Below are positions 1-10,291 of a DNA stretch of 37,078 nucleotides, piece by piece (within the stretch, counting starts at the first letter, position 1; the number at the start of each line of letters is the position of its first letter). Source of the stretch: a virus (taxonomy: Duplodnaviria > Caudoviricetes). The notes below the pieces were generated by a model, which worked only from the letters and a program-made list of their open reading frames with translations, was not told the origin of the DNA and ran no database searches. The DNA is taken from the IMG/VR virus record IMGVR_UViG_3300034420_000015, positions 1-37,078 of that record; one strand, written 5' to 3'. The position numbers were made by a program, and so were the translations under genes.

Positions 1-2715
1 GATCCAACTAGCGCCGCTCAAACACAGGCGCAGTTGCAGAACACGCTCAATAAAGGCACGAATCCAGCGCAAGCCAATAAGAACATTGGATCGCTGAATG
101 CGTCCGTTGTTCGGCTCGGCAATTCTATCCGCCAAGCTGGCTTGGTGTTCTTGACGTATTTCGGTGGGCGAATGCTTATTCGCTTCGTCGAAGACTCGGT
201 GATGATGTTTGCCAAGTTCGACCAGAAACTACAACAGTCTATCGCCATCATGGACAAGGTAGACGCGACGATGCGCCGGAAGCTCGGCGACACGGCGCGT
301 CAGGTGTCACGTGAGTTGAACCTATCGGCGGCTGATGTCGCTGAAGGTTACTACTTCTTGGCGTCGGCTGGCTTCACAGCCGAACAATCGCTCAAGGCGC
401 TACCAGCCATTGCTACGTTTGCGAAGGCCGGTATGATGGATCTGGCAAAGGCCACCGAACTTATGACCCAAGCGCAGTCGGCGCTGGGTATGAAGTCGGA
501 AGATGCTAACCAGAATCTGATCAATCTTCAATATATCATGGACGCGATTTCCGCCGCCGCCGCTAAGTCTCAGGCGACGATTTCGCAATTCGCTGACGCG
601 CTCAGTAATAAGGCTGGCGCGTCGCTACGCATGTTCCACAAGGACGTATCTGAGGGCGTCGCGGCACTTGCAGTTATGGCTGATCAAGGCGTCAAGGGAC
701 GGCTAGCTGGCGAGCGTCTTGACATCTTCCTGCGTCAGGTCACACAGGCCGCGACCAAGCACGCGTCGGTCTTCAAGGCGTACGGCATCACGATCTTCGA
801 TGGTGCTGGCAAGATGCGTCATTTCGCCGACATCGTTGACGACCTTACCAAATCGCTTGGTAGTCTCAGTGATGAGAATCAGGTGCTGGCCTTGGAGCAA
901 CTCGGATTCCAAGTCCGTACTATCGCCGTTATCAAGTCGTTCATTGGTATGGGCGACAAGATTCGCGAGTACGAGACATTGATGAAGAGTGCTGGCGGCG
1001 TTACTGAGAAGATGGCGAAGGAACAACTCAAGACGCCGATCGAGCAATTCGGTCTGATGAAGCAAAAGATTAACGACGCCAGAATGGAACTAGGAGAAGC
1101 GTTGATTCCAGCGTTGACGGATTTTGGTAACGCCATGGCGGATGAGAATGACCCGCTTAGCGCTGTCAATGCACTACGCGCATTTACCAAGTATCTAGTC
1201 GAGAATGGTGCTCAGCTTGGTAAAGTTGCCGGTGCATTGATGTGGTTCGTTACTGGAGCGTTGTCGTTCTTGGTCGATTCGTTGAATATAGTTGCTGACG
1301 TCATCGTGGTTGGTGTGAATGTGCCACTTATGACGCTTGGATTCATCGTATCTGGCGTGACGATCCTTTGGGGCGGCATGACTCAGGCTGTCGGCGATTT
1401 CTTACTCGCAGTCACAGACGGTGCGCTAGGTAAGGGAATTTCTGATCTCGGTAAGAAACTGATAGGTCTTGGTATGGCGGCTGGAGCATTCAGCAAGGGA
1501 CGCGCTGAGAATTCGTGGTCAGCAATCGAGGACTTTGTGAAGCGTGGGTCTGGTGGTCTCGCCGGATTCGGCTCCGGTGGCCGCGATCGTAAGATTCCGC
1601 GTCCTCCTAAGGGTAAGCCGGATGTTCCAGGCGGAACGCCAACAAATGATGATCCTCCGATTGTTCCAGATGAAGAGGAAGAGAAGAAGCGCGCGAATAA
1701 GATTGAAAATCTCATGGATCGTCTCACAAAGACGATTCTTAGACATAGTAAGGAGCGCACAGACGACCAACTAGAGGACCTACGTGAGCTAGAGCGTGAA
1801 TTCAAGAAACTATATGGTGCCAAACTGCCGAAGGCCGTGCAGGACGGCCTCAATAAGCTACGCGAGCTTATCGGTAAGGAAGGCATCGCAAAGATGCATA
1901 CTGACGATCTTGATAAGTTTATCAAGACAGTTGATGATCCTACCCGTTGGGACACGCAGAATCTGCTTGATTACATCGACGAAATGACAGCGCTTCGCGA
2001 GACAACGGAAGAAGGTAGTCTCGCTTGGGCGATGTACACAGACGCCATCAATAAGGCGAAAGAAGCACTCGATGATTGGTCGCGCAAGATCCGCGAAGAA
2101 GAGGATCGAGCGCGCGAGGCTGATGCACGTAAGCGTGCTCAGGAAGTCGAAGAGCGCATGCGTAGAATACGTCGTGTTGGCGAGCAAGCCGCAGACGCAA
2201 TGGCTGACGCGTTTGAGCGTTTTGCTATCGTGATGGTGCGTGGATCGAAGCGAGGCGAGGACGCGTTCGAGCAATTGGGTCGATCGATTTCCCGTGCGCT
2301 TATGGGCGCCCTGTCTGGATACGCGATGACACGCGCTCGCGCGGCGTATGCCGAGGCGGCAGAAGCGATAGCTAAGGGCGTTGGTTACCTGTCAAGTCCG
2401 TTTACGAAGCAGTATGCGGCTGGACAGTTCGCCGCCGCCGCTAAGTTCGCGGCTGTAGGTACAATGTGGGCCGCTCTGGGTGGTTTGGTGGGTGGTGCCA
2501 CTACGACGAATAGCGGATCAGGAATGCCTGGAAATGCCAGTGAGCTTGGCGGCAAGCGAGTTGACGATTCGCGCAACGAAGGATCGACGATCAATATTTA
2601 CATTGATGGCGTCGATCCGAATAATCCGCGTCACCAGCGTTTGCTCGGCGACACGATTGCTGAGTACTCTGAGCGCACGGGCGGTACGATTAACGTAAAT
2701 AGGAGATCGGCATGA
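1..2715 (+). CDS. Phage tail tape measure protein (TP901-like), 5' truncated
   Basis: Frame is open from base 1. Ala/Gly/Leu-rich helical protein with TMP-type segments (YFLASAGF, FAKAG, LAVMADQGVKG), central hydrophobic stretches and a charged coiled coil; first gene of the tail module. Confidence 0.92.
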   Translation, partial: DPTSAAQTQAQLQNTLNKGTNPAQANKNIGSLNASVVRLGNSIRQAGLVFLTYFGGRMLIRFVEDSVMMFAKFDQKLQQSIAIMDKVDATMRRKLGDTARQVSRELNLSAADVAEGYYFLASAGFTAEQSLKALPAIATFAKAGMMDLAKATELMTQAQSALGMKSEDANQNLINLQYIMDAISAAAAKSQATISQFADALSNKAGASLRMFHKDVSEGVAALAVMADQGVKGRLAGERLDIFLRQVTQAATKHASVFKAYGITIFDGAGKMRHFADIVDDLTKSLGSLSDENQVLALEQLGFQVRTIAVIKSFIGMGDKIREYETLMKSAGGVTEKMAKEQLKTPIEQFGLMKQKINDARMELGEALIPALTDFGNAMADENDPLSAVNALRAFTKYLVENGAQLGKVAGALMWFVTGALSFLVDSLNIVADVIVVGVNVPLMTLGFIVSGVTILWGGMTQAVGDFLLAVTDGALGKGISDLGKKLIGLGMAAGAFSKGRAENSWSAIEDFVKRGSGGLAGFGSGGRDRKIPRPPKGKPDVPGGTPTNDDPPIVPDEEEEKKRANKIENLMDRLTKTILRHSKERTDDQLEDLRELEREFKKLYGAKLPKAVQDGLNKLRELIGKEGIAKMHTDDLDKFIKTVDDPTRWDTQNLLDYIDEMTALRETTEEGSLAWAMYTDAINKAKEALDDWSRKIREEEDRAREADARKRAQEVEERMRRIRRVGEQAADAMADAFERFAIVMVRGSKRGEDAFEQLGRSISRALMGALSGYAMTRARAAYAEAAEAIAKGVGYLSSPFTKQYAAGQFAAAAKFAAVGTMWAALGGLVGGATTTNSGSGMPGNASELGGKRVDDSRNEGSTINIYIDGVDPNNPRHQRLLGDTIAEYSERTGGTINVNRRSA

Positions 2716-3125
2716 AGTGGGTTCCCAAGATCTCATATGGCACAGGGCCAACGGTAGTTACGTTTACACAGGCACAGAAGTTATGGTCGCCGAGTGCTCG
2801 TGATATCGGTGGTTCGAATAAGAGCGACGCTGGTATTCCTGAGGCGTTCATTATCAGGCGCGATCAGTTGTGCGACGTTGAATTGCGTTTCCTTGAGTCC
2901 GAGTGGGCTACTGTTGATACGTGGCTTGCGTACGTGATTCAAGGGTTCTCGTTCGATTTTTGGTTCAATAAGACAGACAACGCCACGAAGTACACGGTCT
3001 ATCTTGAGTCCCCGAAGGTTGGGGACGACATCAAGCCGAAGCGCGAGCCGTATGGCAAAGTAATGTCGCTATCGTTGACCTTGCGTACTACCGCTGGCGG
3101 TAGATTCACAACTGGAGCATTCTAA
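2712..3125 (+). CDS. Putative minor/distal tail protein
   Basis: 137 aa, ATGA overlap with the TMP stop, AGGAG RBS; occupies the position directly after TMP where Dit-like genes sit. Confidence 0.6.
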   Translation: MKWVPKISYGTGPTVVTFTQAQKLWSPSARDIGGSNKSDAGIPEAFIIRRDQLCDVELRFLESEWATVDTWLAYVIQGFSFDFWFNKTDNATKYTVYLESPKVGDDIKPKREPYGKVMSLSLTLRTTAGGRFTTGAF

Positions 3126-6100
3126 TGTCTGCTGTTCGCCATCAGCGCGTAACGATATTCGCCGACGATGATGTAACCCCACTGGTTGGGTCTGTTGATA
3201 TAAACGGGCTTGTTACTGACCCGACATGTTCAACAGACTCGGCACATGCGCGCCCGTATCTACTGCGCGCTTTGGAGCTGTCTGGTGCGACCGTTGATTT
3301 TATCAATGGATCGAGCACCATCGGACAGATGAATATCGAGATTCTCGACAAGAGACTTACCGCGTCTGACCAGACTACTGGTTGGTTTACGAATCTGCTG
3401 GCGTCTGCTGGTGGTATTCCGCAAATCTCTGGTCGTCGTATCCTGTTTGAGCAACAGGATACAAACGGCACGTGGTATGTTGTGTTGAATGGCATCGCTG
3501 GCGATGTCCGGTTGAAGCCAGATTACGTAACATATACGTTGCCCGTTCGCGACATGCGTGAGCGTGAGCGCAATATGCGCCTATTCAGTTCGAATAGCGG
3601 CACGGTTACGGCGCTCCCGATTCGCGGTAGCGTGAATGGATGGGGCAGGTTGAATGGTGGCAGTCGTTATGTTATTCAACCTGCGACACCGCTACAGGCC
3701 AAATTCCATCTTGAGTCTGGTACTGGTGGTCTTGCTGGCGTGGCGGTGTTTTTGACGCCAGCCGTGAAGCGTGGTGCGATCATGGACGGCTACCGTGGTG
3801 TTTACGCCACGAATTGGGTGAACGAAGTAACGTCATTTGAGCCTGATTTTACGAATAGTGCGTCTATTGAAGACGCTATGAATAACTCGGTCGTAAAGAC
3901 GGTCGAAATTTGGTGGCGTGCTTCCGGTAGCGGTGGCGCGTGGACTGTTCTAAACAATCTTCGGCGCGTGCCTACGTCTGTGTGGACAGCTTGGGGCTGC
4001 TTGTTCCAGCCATGGATGGCGATTGATAAGTCTGGTCGCTATCGCGCGGACACGTCGCAAAAAGATCAGGCGATTTCTATGTTGTCGCCAGACGACGCGG
4101 CCAAGTTGCCAGCCAATGGTGCAATGATTGAGCTTTTGGTCGTCATGCGCACCGTGCCATCAGAGAGTGAACCGTTGTTGCTCGAAATGTCGTTCGGGCA
4201 ACTGTTGAAGAATATTTACGACGGTGTATATTCTCCGGCTGGTACGCTCCCTGTCAAGTATGATAGCGCGGCGATGACAAGTATGGTTACAAATACTCCT
4301 ACTGCGCGTGTTCGTATTACCGAGACGGTAAACGACGCACGTACGTGGGTTGAAGACAACATCTACAAGCCACTTGGGTACGCTCCACTACTAAACAATC
4401 GTGGAGAAATCAAGCCAGTCAAGTACACGCTACCCGACGCGACTGTTACACTACCGCAACTCGACAACACGAACATCGTCGAGGGTAGTGGTGAATGGTT
4501 GCACTCTGCGAAGGCCGCAGTAACAAAGGTGGTGTTTAAGTACGTCGCCGAAATCTTGTCGCGTAACGCTGAAGGGGATTATACCACTTCGTATCGCGAC
4601 ATGGAAGTTGTGAACGTAAATGCGGCGGCTAGCATTTTTGGCAATCAGACCGTCGAATACGCTCCCGTTACTGTTCGCACATTGATTGACTCAACAGCCG
4701 CTAATAGTGGTGCTGGCGGTGCTGGTGAGTGGATTGATGATCTTGGCGGTCGCCTAGCGCGCGAGAGAGCCGCCGATCTTATCAACCGATTCTCGTATGG
4801 CGCACAGCAAGTTCGAGTTAACGGTCAACGTAGTGATCCGGTCATAGCGGCTTTGGTGCCTGGAGATTGGGTACTGTTGGCGTCGTCTTGGATGCCAGAA
4901 TATGGAACGCGTAAGCGCGGTGCGAATCGCGTTTGCCAAGTAATATCAATCCAAGACACCGATCCGGCGACTCGCTCTATCGAAATTCTCGATGGCGGTC
5001 CAGGGCTGTCTCCAGTAACACAGCCCACAGTATCGTCGGCGACATACAACACTGGTACTGGTTGTGTTGACGTCGCCGTTACGACAGCCGCGAGTGTTGA
5101 AGCTCGTATTGATTTTGCTGTCAATCCGACGATGCCAACGCAAACGTCTGGACTTTGGACATATGCTGGCCGCTTGATAACTAGCGGCACGCTCAGTATA
5201 TACGATATTTCTGAGAATGTCGTGGTGTGGATTCGCGTGCGCGGCGAAGCCGATAATCGTAGGCCGTCTGCGTGGACCACGCCAGTAAGCGTGGCAATCC
5301 CAATTCGCCCTCGCGTGTTCAATCTGCAGATCGCGCTCAAGGATGATAGTGATCCAATCATCTATTTCGAGAAGTCTGCGTCGTGTGGTGGAGTTAGAAT
5401 CCAGTACGCCGTGTTTGGACAAGCCGACGCGATCCCAACGGCGTATACTACGTATGGAGACGCGAGCGCTGTTAGCCCAATTACGCTTACTGGTGTTCGC
5501 GTAAATCAGTTCTCGCGCATACTTGTTCGAGTGCAGGGATATGAAGGTTTCAGCGCTGGTGTTGTAACTGGCGCGGCTGGCGCCACGGCGCAAAGCATCG
5601 CACAGCGCGTGTCTGCGACGCTAATACTACCAGAAGTCAAAGAAGTCCGTAGCCAGACGACTACGGACGGCATGCTTGAAATTGAGTCTGTGTATGATCC
5701 GCAATTCAGGTTGACGAAATACGAATTCCGTTCCAAGGAAGGAGATCTTGGAGCGTGGTCGGCGTGGGCCGAAGATACGACTGACCCATACAGCACGAGT
5801 GTCTTGCTCGTCGAGGCTGAAACGTCAATCATTGAGTATCGTGTTTCGGCGCTCGATATGGACGGTATAGAATTGGTCGTCGCATCTGGTTCTGTCGGGT
5901 ACTATAAGGGCGAGACAGTTGGTTTTGCTGAATGCCGTGCCCGTGTAACAGCCGCGACAGCAACGCAAATTACCGTAGATGTCGATGGTATTTCGCCTAA
6001 TGGTGGTACTCCAACAGTACAGCTAGTAGCCATCACCGGATCGACGGCACTAGTCAGCGGGGCGGCGATCGGAAGTCCCGTGGCGTCTGGGAGTCAGTGG

Positions 6101-8854
6101 GTATTCAGTCGTGGTGCCGCGCTGGGTGGCAATGGACAGACTCAATTCCGTGCTACGCAATCTGGAGGCGTTCAAAGCGATGACGATTTTGTGGAGATTC
6201 CAGAACAGGGTCGAGACACGACATACGTTGCAACAAGAGCGCGCGTGCTCGCAACGAGTCCGACAACTGTTACCATTCGCGTTGCCGTTGTTGATCCATA
6301 TCCTCAGGGCGTAAATAGTGCTAGTATTGCACACGTTTATCAAATCAGCACCGGCGCTGGGACGGTAGATAAGACGTCGCCGCAAACGTGTACTCCGGAA
6401 TCGACATTCACTGAGAATGCTGGTACGTATGTTGATTACGTAGTGAATCGCCCCGCGTTCGCAACTGGCACTGGTCGCATAACGTTTACGGCGTCTGCGG
6501 CTGGTCGTGTGAGTGACGCGGACGCTGTTGATATTCCGGCGATTGAACAAGATACAACGTATGTCGAATGTCGCGCCGCGATTACTTCAGTAAGCGCGAC
6601 ACAAATCACCGTCACGGTGAGCGCCGTGTGTACTCTTGGAACACCAACCGTCGGACTGGTTGGTGTGTCTGGCTCTGTGAGTTTGGCGTCGGGTCACGCC
6701 GCTGGAACGTATACTTACGCGCAAAATGGCGTAGATAACATTTGGGTATTTAATCGTGGCGCTTTCCAATCTGGTATCGGACAAGTACAATTCCGCGCTA
6801 TTTACACTGGCGCTCAAAGCGACGATGACTTCGTAGACGTCGCGGATCAAGGTCGCGATACTACTTATACGGAATGTCGTGCGACGATTACTGCAGTAAG
6901 CGCAACGCAGGTTACAGTTACCGTAACTGGAGTTGTACTTACTGGTACTCCGACTGTTGGCTTGGTGGGTGTAATTGGCGCCGCGCTCGCGTCTGGGCAC
7001 GCCGCAGGGACGTACACATATGCTCAAAACGGAACTGACAACGTATGGGTATTCAATCGTCCCGCGTTTGGCGCTGGGCAAGGACAGGCGCAGTTTAGGG
7101 CTGTGACAAACGGCGCACAGGACGATGATGATTTTGTGGAAATTCCAGAAGTTGGCCGCGATACAGTTCCAGTGACACTTCGCGCACGCGTAATAAGTGT
7201 CACCGCCTCCACGATAGTTGCCCGTGTGGCGTTGGCTGATCCATATCCGCAGGGTGCAAGTACTGGTAGTATCGCTTGGGTCGAACACAATGTCGGTGCC
7301 GGTACGTCTCCAGCCACTCCACAGACTGTAACTCCAGAAGCCACTATAACGGAGGCCGCTGGTACGTATGTTGATTTCACGATTACGCGTCCTGCGTTTG
7401 GTACTGGCGCCGGTCGTGTGACATTTACTGGCTCTGCGTCTGGGCGAGTGAGTGATTCTGATGCGGTTGATGTACCAGAAGTTGGACGCGACACCGTAAA
7501 TCTGGTGATGCGTGCTCGCGTAACATCAACGAATGCTACTACAGTTGTTGTTCGTGTTGCGGTCGCTGACCCATATCCACAAGGCGCCGCGAGTGCAACA
7601 ATAGCGTATCAAGATCAGGGTACTGGTGGTGTGTCTCCAGCGTCCGGTGGCACCGTAACGCCAGCCGCGACTCTTACAGAAGCCGCTGGAACGTACATTG
7701 ATTATACCATTACGCGTCCAGGTATCGGAACTGGTACAGGGCGTGTGACATTTACAGCAACGGCGTCTAGTAGGATGTCAGATTCTGATGCCGTTGACAT
7801 ACCAGCTCAGGAAGCTATCGTTCCTGAATGCCGTGCTCGCGTGACAGCCACAACAGCAACGCAAATTCAAGTTACTGTCGATGGTGTGATGGGCGGCTAC
7901 TCTCCGACTGTTCACCTAGTTGCAATTACCGGATCAGCGACGCTCTACAGTGGTCCCGCTGTCGGCGCTACTGGTCAAGCGAGTGGGACTGTATGGGTAT
8001 TTAATCGCGGCGCCGCTCTTGGTGGCAACGGGCAAGTACAATTCCGAGCCACACTCGGATCGCAAACAGATGATGATTTTGTTGAAATTCCAGAGATAGG
8101 CAGAGACACCGTAAATCTAGTTTGTGCGGCATCGTTGTATGGCACGCAGTCGGAAACAGCAACCGCCGTTCGCGTGACTGTCACAGATCCTGTTCCGATG
8201 GGTGGCACGCCATATACTTTGACTGTTGCCGCCACGGGATGTACTGTTTCTCCTAACGATTCAGCAAGTTTGGCAAATGGCGGTACTCGTGATTTTACGA
8301 TTACAAGACCAGCCGCTGGGTCTGCGGCTGGACGCGTAATATTCACTGTGAGCGCGTCTGGCAGAACAAGCGACATTGACGTTGTTGACGTTCCGGCTGT
8401 CGCTGTACAGCATGCTGTGTTCCGGATGAAGCTTCGTAAGATCGCGTTTGCGTCCGGAACGTATACTGTTGAAGTCGATGTCTATAAGTACGACGGTGGC
8501 GGTACTTGGACGCAAATCAAATCGTGGACGTCAATTGGTCCTGGCTTGGGCGTTGGTACTGCAAATTGTCGCGAATTTGGTAGTACTACAGATATTACAG
8601 TGACGGAAACCACTCCTGGGTATGGATACGAGCAATATCCATTCATTTGGACATTCTCAGGATCACAGAGTAAAGAGTATGTCTTTAACGCGACATTCGC
8701 TCCGAATGCGTCCATAGCGTGGGGGAGTGGCGCATTAGCAAATCAAGACGCGTCGCTACAGATAACAATTCCGGCGATGACGAATCTAGTTACCGTTAGT
8801 ACGTCCACGCCGTCTGGTAGCGGAACCGATGGTCAATTTTGGGCACAAATCTAA
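3125..8854 (+). CDS. Large tail tip / host-recognition protein with tandem Ig-like modules
   Basis: 1909 aa; N-terminal hub-like region, an FN3-like segment (VWIRVRGEADNRRPSAWT), eight ~100-aa beta-rich repeats, and a C-terminal STSTPSGSGTDGQFW motif typical of fibre ends. Confidence 0.8.
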   Translation: MSAVRHQRVTIFADDDVTPLVGSVDINGLVTDPTCSTDSAHARPYLLRALELSGATVDFINGSSTIGQMNIEILDKRLTASDQTTGWFTNLLASAGGIPQISGRRILFEQQDTNGTWYVVLNGIAGDVRLKPDYVTYTLPVRDMRERERNMRLFSSNSGTVTALPIRGSVNGWGRLNGGSRYVIQPATPLQAKFHLESGTGGLAGVAVFLTPAVKRGAIMDGYRGVYATNWVNEVTSFEPDFTNSASIEDAMNNSVVKTVEIWWRASGSGGAWTVLNNLRRVPTSVWTAWGCLFQPWMAIDKSGRYRADTSQKDQAISMLSPDDAAKLPANGAMIELLVVMRTVPSESEPLLLEMSFGQLLKNIYDGVYSPAGTLPVKYDSAAMTSMVTNTPTARVRITETVNDARTWVEDNIYKPLGYAPLLNNRGEIKPVKYTLPDATVTLPQLDNTNIVEGSGEWLHSAKAAVTKVVFKYVAEILSRNAEGDYTTSYRDMEVVNVNAAASIFGNQTVEYAPVTVRTLIDSTAANSGAGGAGEWIDDLGGRLARERAADLINRFSYGAQQVRVNGQRSDPVIAALVPGDWVLLASSWMPEYGTRKRGANRVCQVISIQDTDPATRSIEILDGGPGLSPVTQPTVSSATYNTGTGCVDVAVTTAASVEARIDFAVNPTMPTQTSGLWTYAGRLITSGTLSIYDISENVVVWIRVRGEADNRRPSAWTTPVSVAIPIRPRVFNLQIALKDDSDPIIYFEKSASCGGVRIQYAVFGQADAIPTAYTTYGDASAVSPITLTGVRVNQFSRILVRVQGYEGFSAGVVTGAAGATAQSIAQRVSATLILPEVKEVRSQTTTDGMLEIESVYDPQFRLTKYEFRSKEGDLGAWSAWAEDTTDPYSTSVLLVEAETSIIEYRVSALDMDGIELVVASGSVGYYKGETVGFAECRARVTAATATQITVDVDGISPNGGTPTVQLVAITGSTALVSGAAIGSPVASGSQWVFSRGAALGGNGQTQFRATQSGGVQSDDDFVEIPEQGRDTTYVATRARVLATSPTTVTIRVAVVDPYPQGVNSASIAHVYQISTGAGTVDKTSPQTCTPESTFTENAGTYVDYVVNRPAFATGTGRITFTASAAGRVSDADAVDIPAIEQDTTYVECRAAITSVSATQITVTVSAVCTLGTPTVGLVGVSGSVSLASGHAAGTYTYAQNGVDNIWVFNRGAFQSGIGQVQFRAIYTGAQSDDDFVDVADQGRDTTYTECRATITAVSATQVTVTVTGVVLTGTPTVGLVGVIGAALASGHAAGTYTYAQNGTDNVWVFNRPAFGAGQGQAQFRAVTNGAQDDDDFVEIPEVGRDTVPVTLRARVISVTASTIVARVALADPYPQGASTGSIAWVEHNVGAGTSPATPQTVTPEATITEAAGTYVDFTITRPAFGTGAGRVTFTGSASGRVSDSDAVDVPEVGRDTVNLVMRARVTSTNATTVVVRVAVADPYPQGAASATIAYQDQGTGGVSPASGGTVTPAATLTEAAGTYIDYTITRPGIGTGTGRVTFTATASSRMSDSDAVDIPAQEAIVPECRARVTATTATQIQVTVDGVMGGYSPTVHLVAITGSATLYSGPAVGATGQASGTVWVFNRGAALGGNGQVQFRATLGSQTDDDFVEIPEIGRDTVNLVCAASLYGTQSETATAVRVTVTDPVPMGGTPYTLTVAATGCTVSPNDSASLANGGTRDFTITRPAAGSAAGRVIFTVSASGRTSDIDVVDVPAVAVQHAVFRMKLRKIAFASGTYTVEVDVYKYDGGGTWTQIKSWTSIGPGLGVGTANCREFGSTTDITVTETTPGYGYEQYPFIWTFSGSQSKEYVFNATFAPNASIAWGSGALANQDASLQITIPAMTNLVTVSTSTPSGSGTDGQFWAQI
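5928..8400 (+). repeat. Eight intragenic tandem modules of two types (A1-B1-A2-A3-B2-B3-A4-B4)
   Basis: Type A: ECRA...TQITV...WVF(N/S)R...QFRA...DDDFV. Type B: RARV...VADPYPQG...AGTY(V/I)D...R(V/I)TFT...SD.DAVD(I/V)P. B4 is divergent. Boundaries approximate. Confidence 0.9.
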
Positions 8855-9297
8855 TGCCACTATCGGTGCGCGACGCTGGCTCGTGGAACACAGTAAACGC
8901 TCTTTGGGTGCGTAGTGGCGGCGCATGGGAGAAAGTTAAAGCTCTTTGGGTATACAGTAGCGGGTCGTGGAATCAGTGTTTCGCGGCACAAAATCTATTG
9001 ACGTTTTCAGCGTATGTGCTGTATAACGATCCAACATTGGGCGACGTACGTTTCGAGTGGACTGCTGGATACTTAACTGGCGACACGGTGAAAATAGAAG
9101 CGAACTGTAATAGTGCTGGCTGGAATACGGTCAGTAGTACTGAAGATCCAAGCACTGGTTTCCTAGAAACTAACATATCCGGATTTGGCGGATTTGATTC
9201 TATTCAGAATACCGATTTTAGAGCGCAACTTTTGGATGGTGGTTCTACGCCTATAGGCGATCAAATAAACATCTATCCGTCGTACCCATTGATCTAA
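8854..9297 (+). CDS. Small tail-fibre-associated protein
   Basis: TAATG overlap with the tail-tip gene; N-terminal triple V(R/Y)xxGxW repeat (LSVRDAGSW, LWVRSGGAW, LWVYSSGSW) common in short tail fibre proteins. Confidence 0.6.
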   Translation: MPLSVRDAGSWNTVNALWVRSGGAWEKVKALWVYSSGSWNQCFAAQNLLTFSAYVLYNDPTLGDVRFEWTAGYLTGDTVKIEANCNSAGWNTVSSTEDPSTGFLETNISGFGGFDSIQNTDFRAQLLDGGSTPIGDQINIYPSYPLI

Positions 9298-9333
9298 CCT
9301 ACCGGCGCGAACCCACATGGCAGATATAGTGGT

Positions 9334-9732
9334 ATGCGCACACGTATTGTTGAGGTCCTAGAGCGTATTACTCCACGAGACGGCAGGAATACGTCTGATA
9401 GGACCTCAACGCTACGCGCCAGATTCGTTGAGTATGACGCTCTAGCCACGGTAATATCACGTGAAATAGCTGAGCTTAGAGCACAGATGGTGTCGCTCGA
9501 TACTAGCGAGTATGACGGCGCTGTTGTAAACAGGATAGAGCGCATGAAGCGCATCGTTTCGGCAATGGAGTTGCAGGTAGCGGAAATGGGGCGATCAGTA
9601 AAGGCGGCTAGCGCATACAGTCACTTGCTCGATCAATGTGCAATCTTAGCTTGGGCGGATCTAGGGATAGATCGACCCGACTCACAGGATGAAAGTCCAT
9701 GTCAACACAACAGCGTAGATTGCTCGCAATAG
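9334..9732 (+). CDS. Hypothetical coiled-coil protein
   Basis: 132-aa ORF filling the gap between tail and lysis genes; no recognisable motif. Confidence 0.5.
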   Translation: MRTRIVEVLERITPRDGRNTSDRTSTLRARFVEYDALATVISREIAELRAQMVSLDTSEYDGAVVNRIERMKRIVSAMELQVAEMGRSVKAASAYSHLLDQCAILAWADLGIDRPDSQDESPCQHNSVDCSQ

Positions 9733-9953
9733 GTTTGATTACGGCCATTGTGGGCGCAGTTTCGTTGCCGGTGCTTCAAGCTGTGTGGAATGCGAAGGTG
9801 TCTACTGCAGACTTCAACATCCACATTATCACCGACAACGCACGTTGGACAGCAGATTCGCTTGAACGCGCACGGCAGACGAAGATGCTTAAGAGTGTGC
9901 TATGCACAGTGAAGCCGCAAGACACTCAGTGTGACGATAAAGGAGCCAAATGA
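9699..9953 (+). CDS. Small single-TM membrane protein (holin/antiholin-like)
   Basis: 84 aa with one hydrophobic helix (LLAIGLITAIVGAVSLPVL); lies in the lysis cassette. Confidence 0.55.
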   Translation: MSTQQRRLLAIGLITAIVGAVSLPVLQAVWNAKVSTADFNIHIITDNARWTADSLERARQTKMLKSVLCTVKPQDTQCDDKGAK

Positions 9954-10291
9954 CACGGCTTAAGAAGCTGGCGTACAGAATCTTCTTTACCAAAGACGAT
10001 GACATGGACCTGACGCAACTCTATTTCGGGATTGCGGTCATGTACTTCTTCGTGCTAATTTATAAGGTAGGCACGAAGCAATGGTCACTACCTACTGCAG
10101 CTTGGGCTACGTTCGGTAGTGTGTTTGGTGTCCTCGCGATCGCTGGCACGAGTCACGCCGTGTCGAAGCGGATCGCCGATAGCAAACTTCCTGGAGAGAT
10201 CGCACAGGGCATCGCTCAATCCAGTACAGAACCCAACGTCTGGAAGGACGACGAACGCGGCGAGCATACAGAGCGCGACTATGCTGGGTAA
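9950..10291 (+). CDS. Putative holin
   Basis: 113 aa, two TM segments, charged C-tail, AGGAG RBS, directly upstream of the endolysin. Confidence 0.65.
   Translation: MTRLKKLAYRIFFTKDDDMDLTQLYFGIAVMYFFVLIYKVGTKQWSLPTAAWATFGSVFGVLAIAGTSHAVSKRIADSKLPGEIAQGIAQSSTEPNVWKDDERGEHTERDYAG

Noticed and set aside
8830-8856. Programmed -1 frameshift fusing the tail-tip gene to the next ORF
   Set aside because: No in-frame X XXY YYZ heptamer; the TAATG overlap is explained by ordinary translational coupling.
5928-9297. Diversity-generating retroelement acting on the tail gene
   Set aside because: No reverse transcriptase in the window, and repeat differences are synonymous across all bases rather than adenine-specific.
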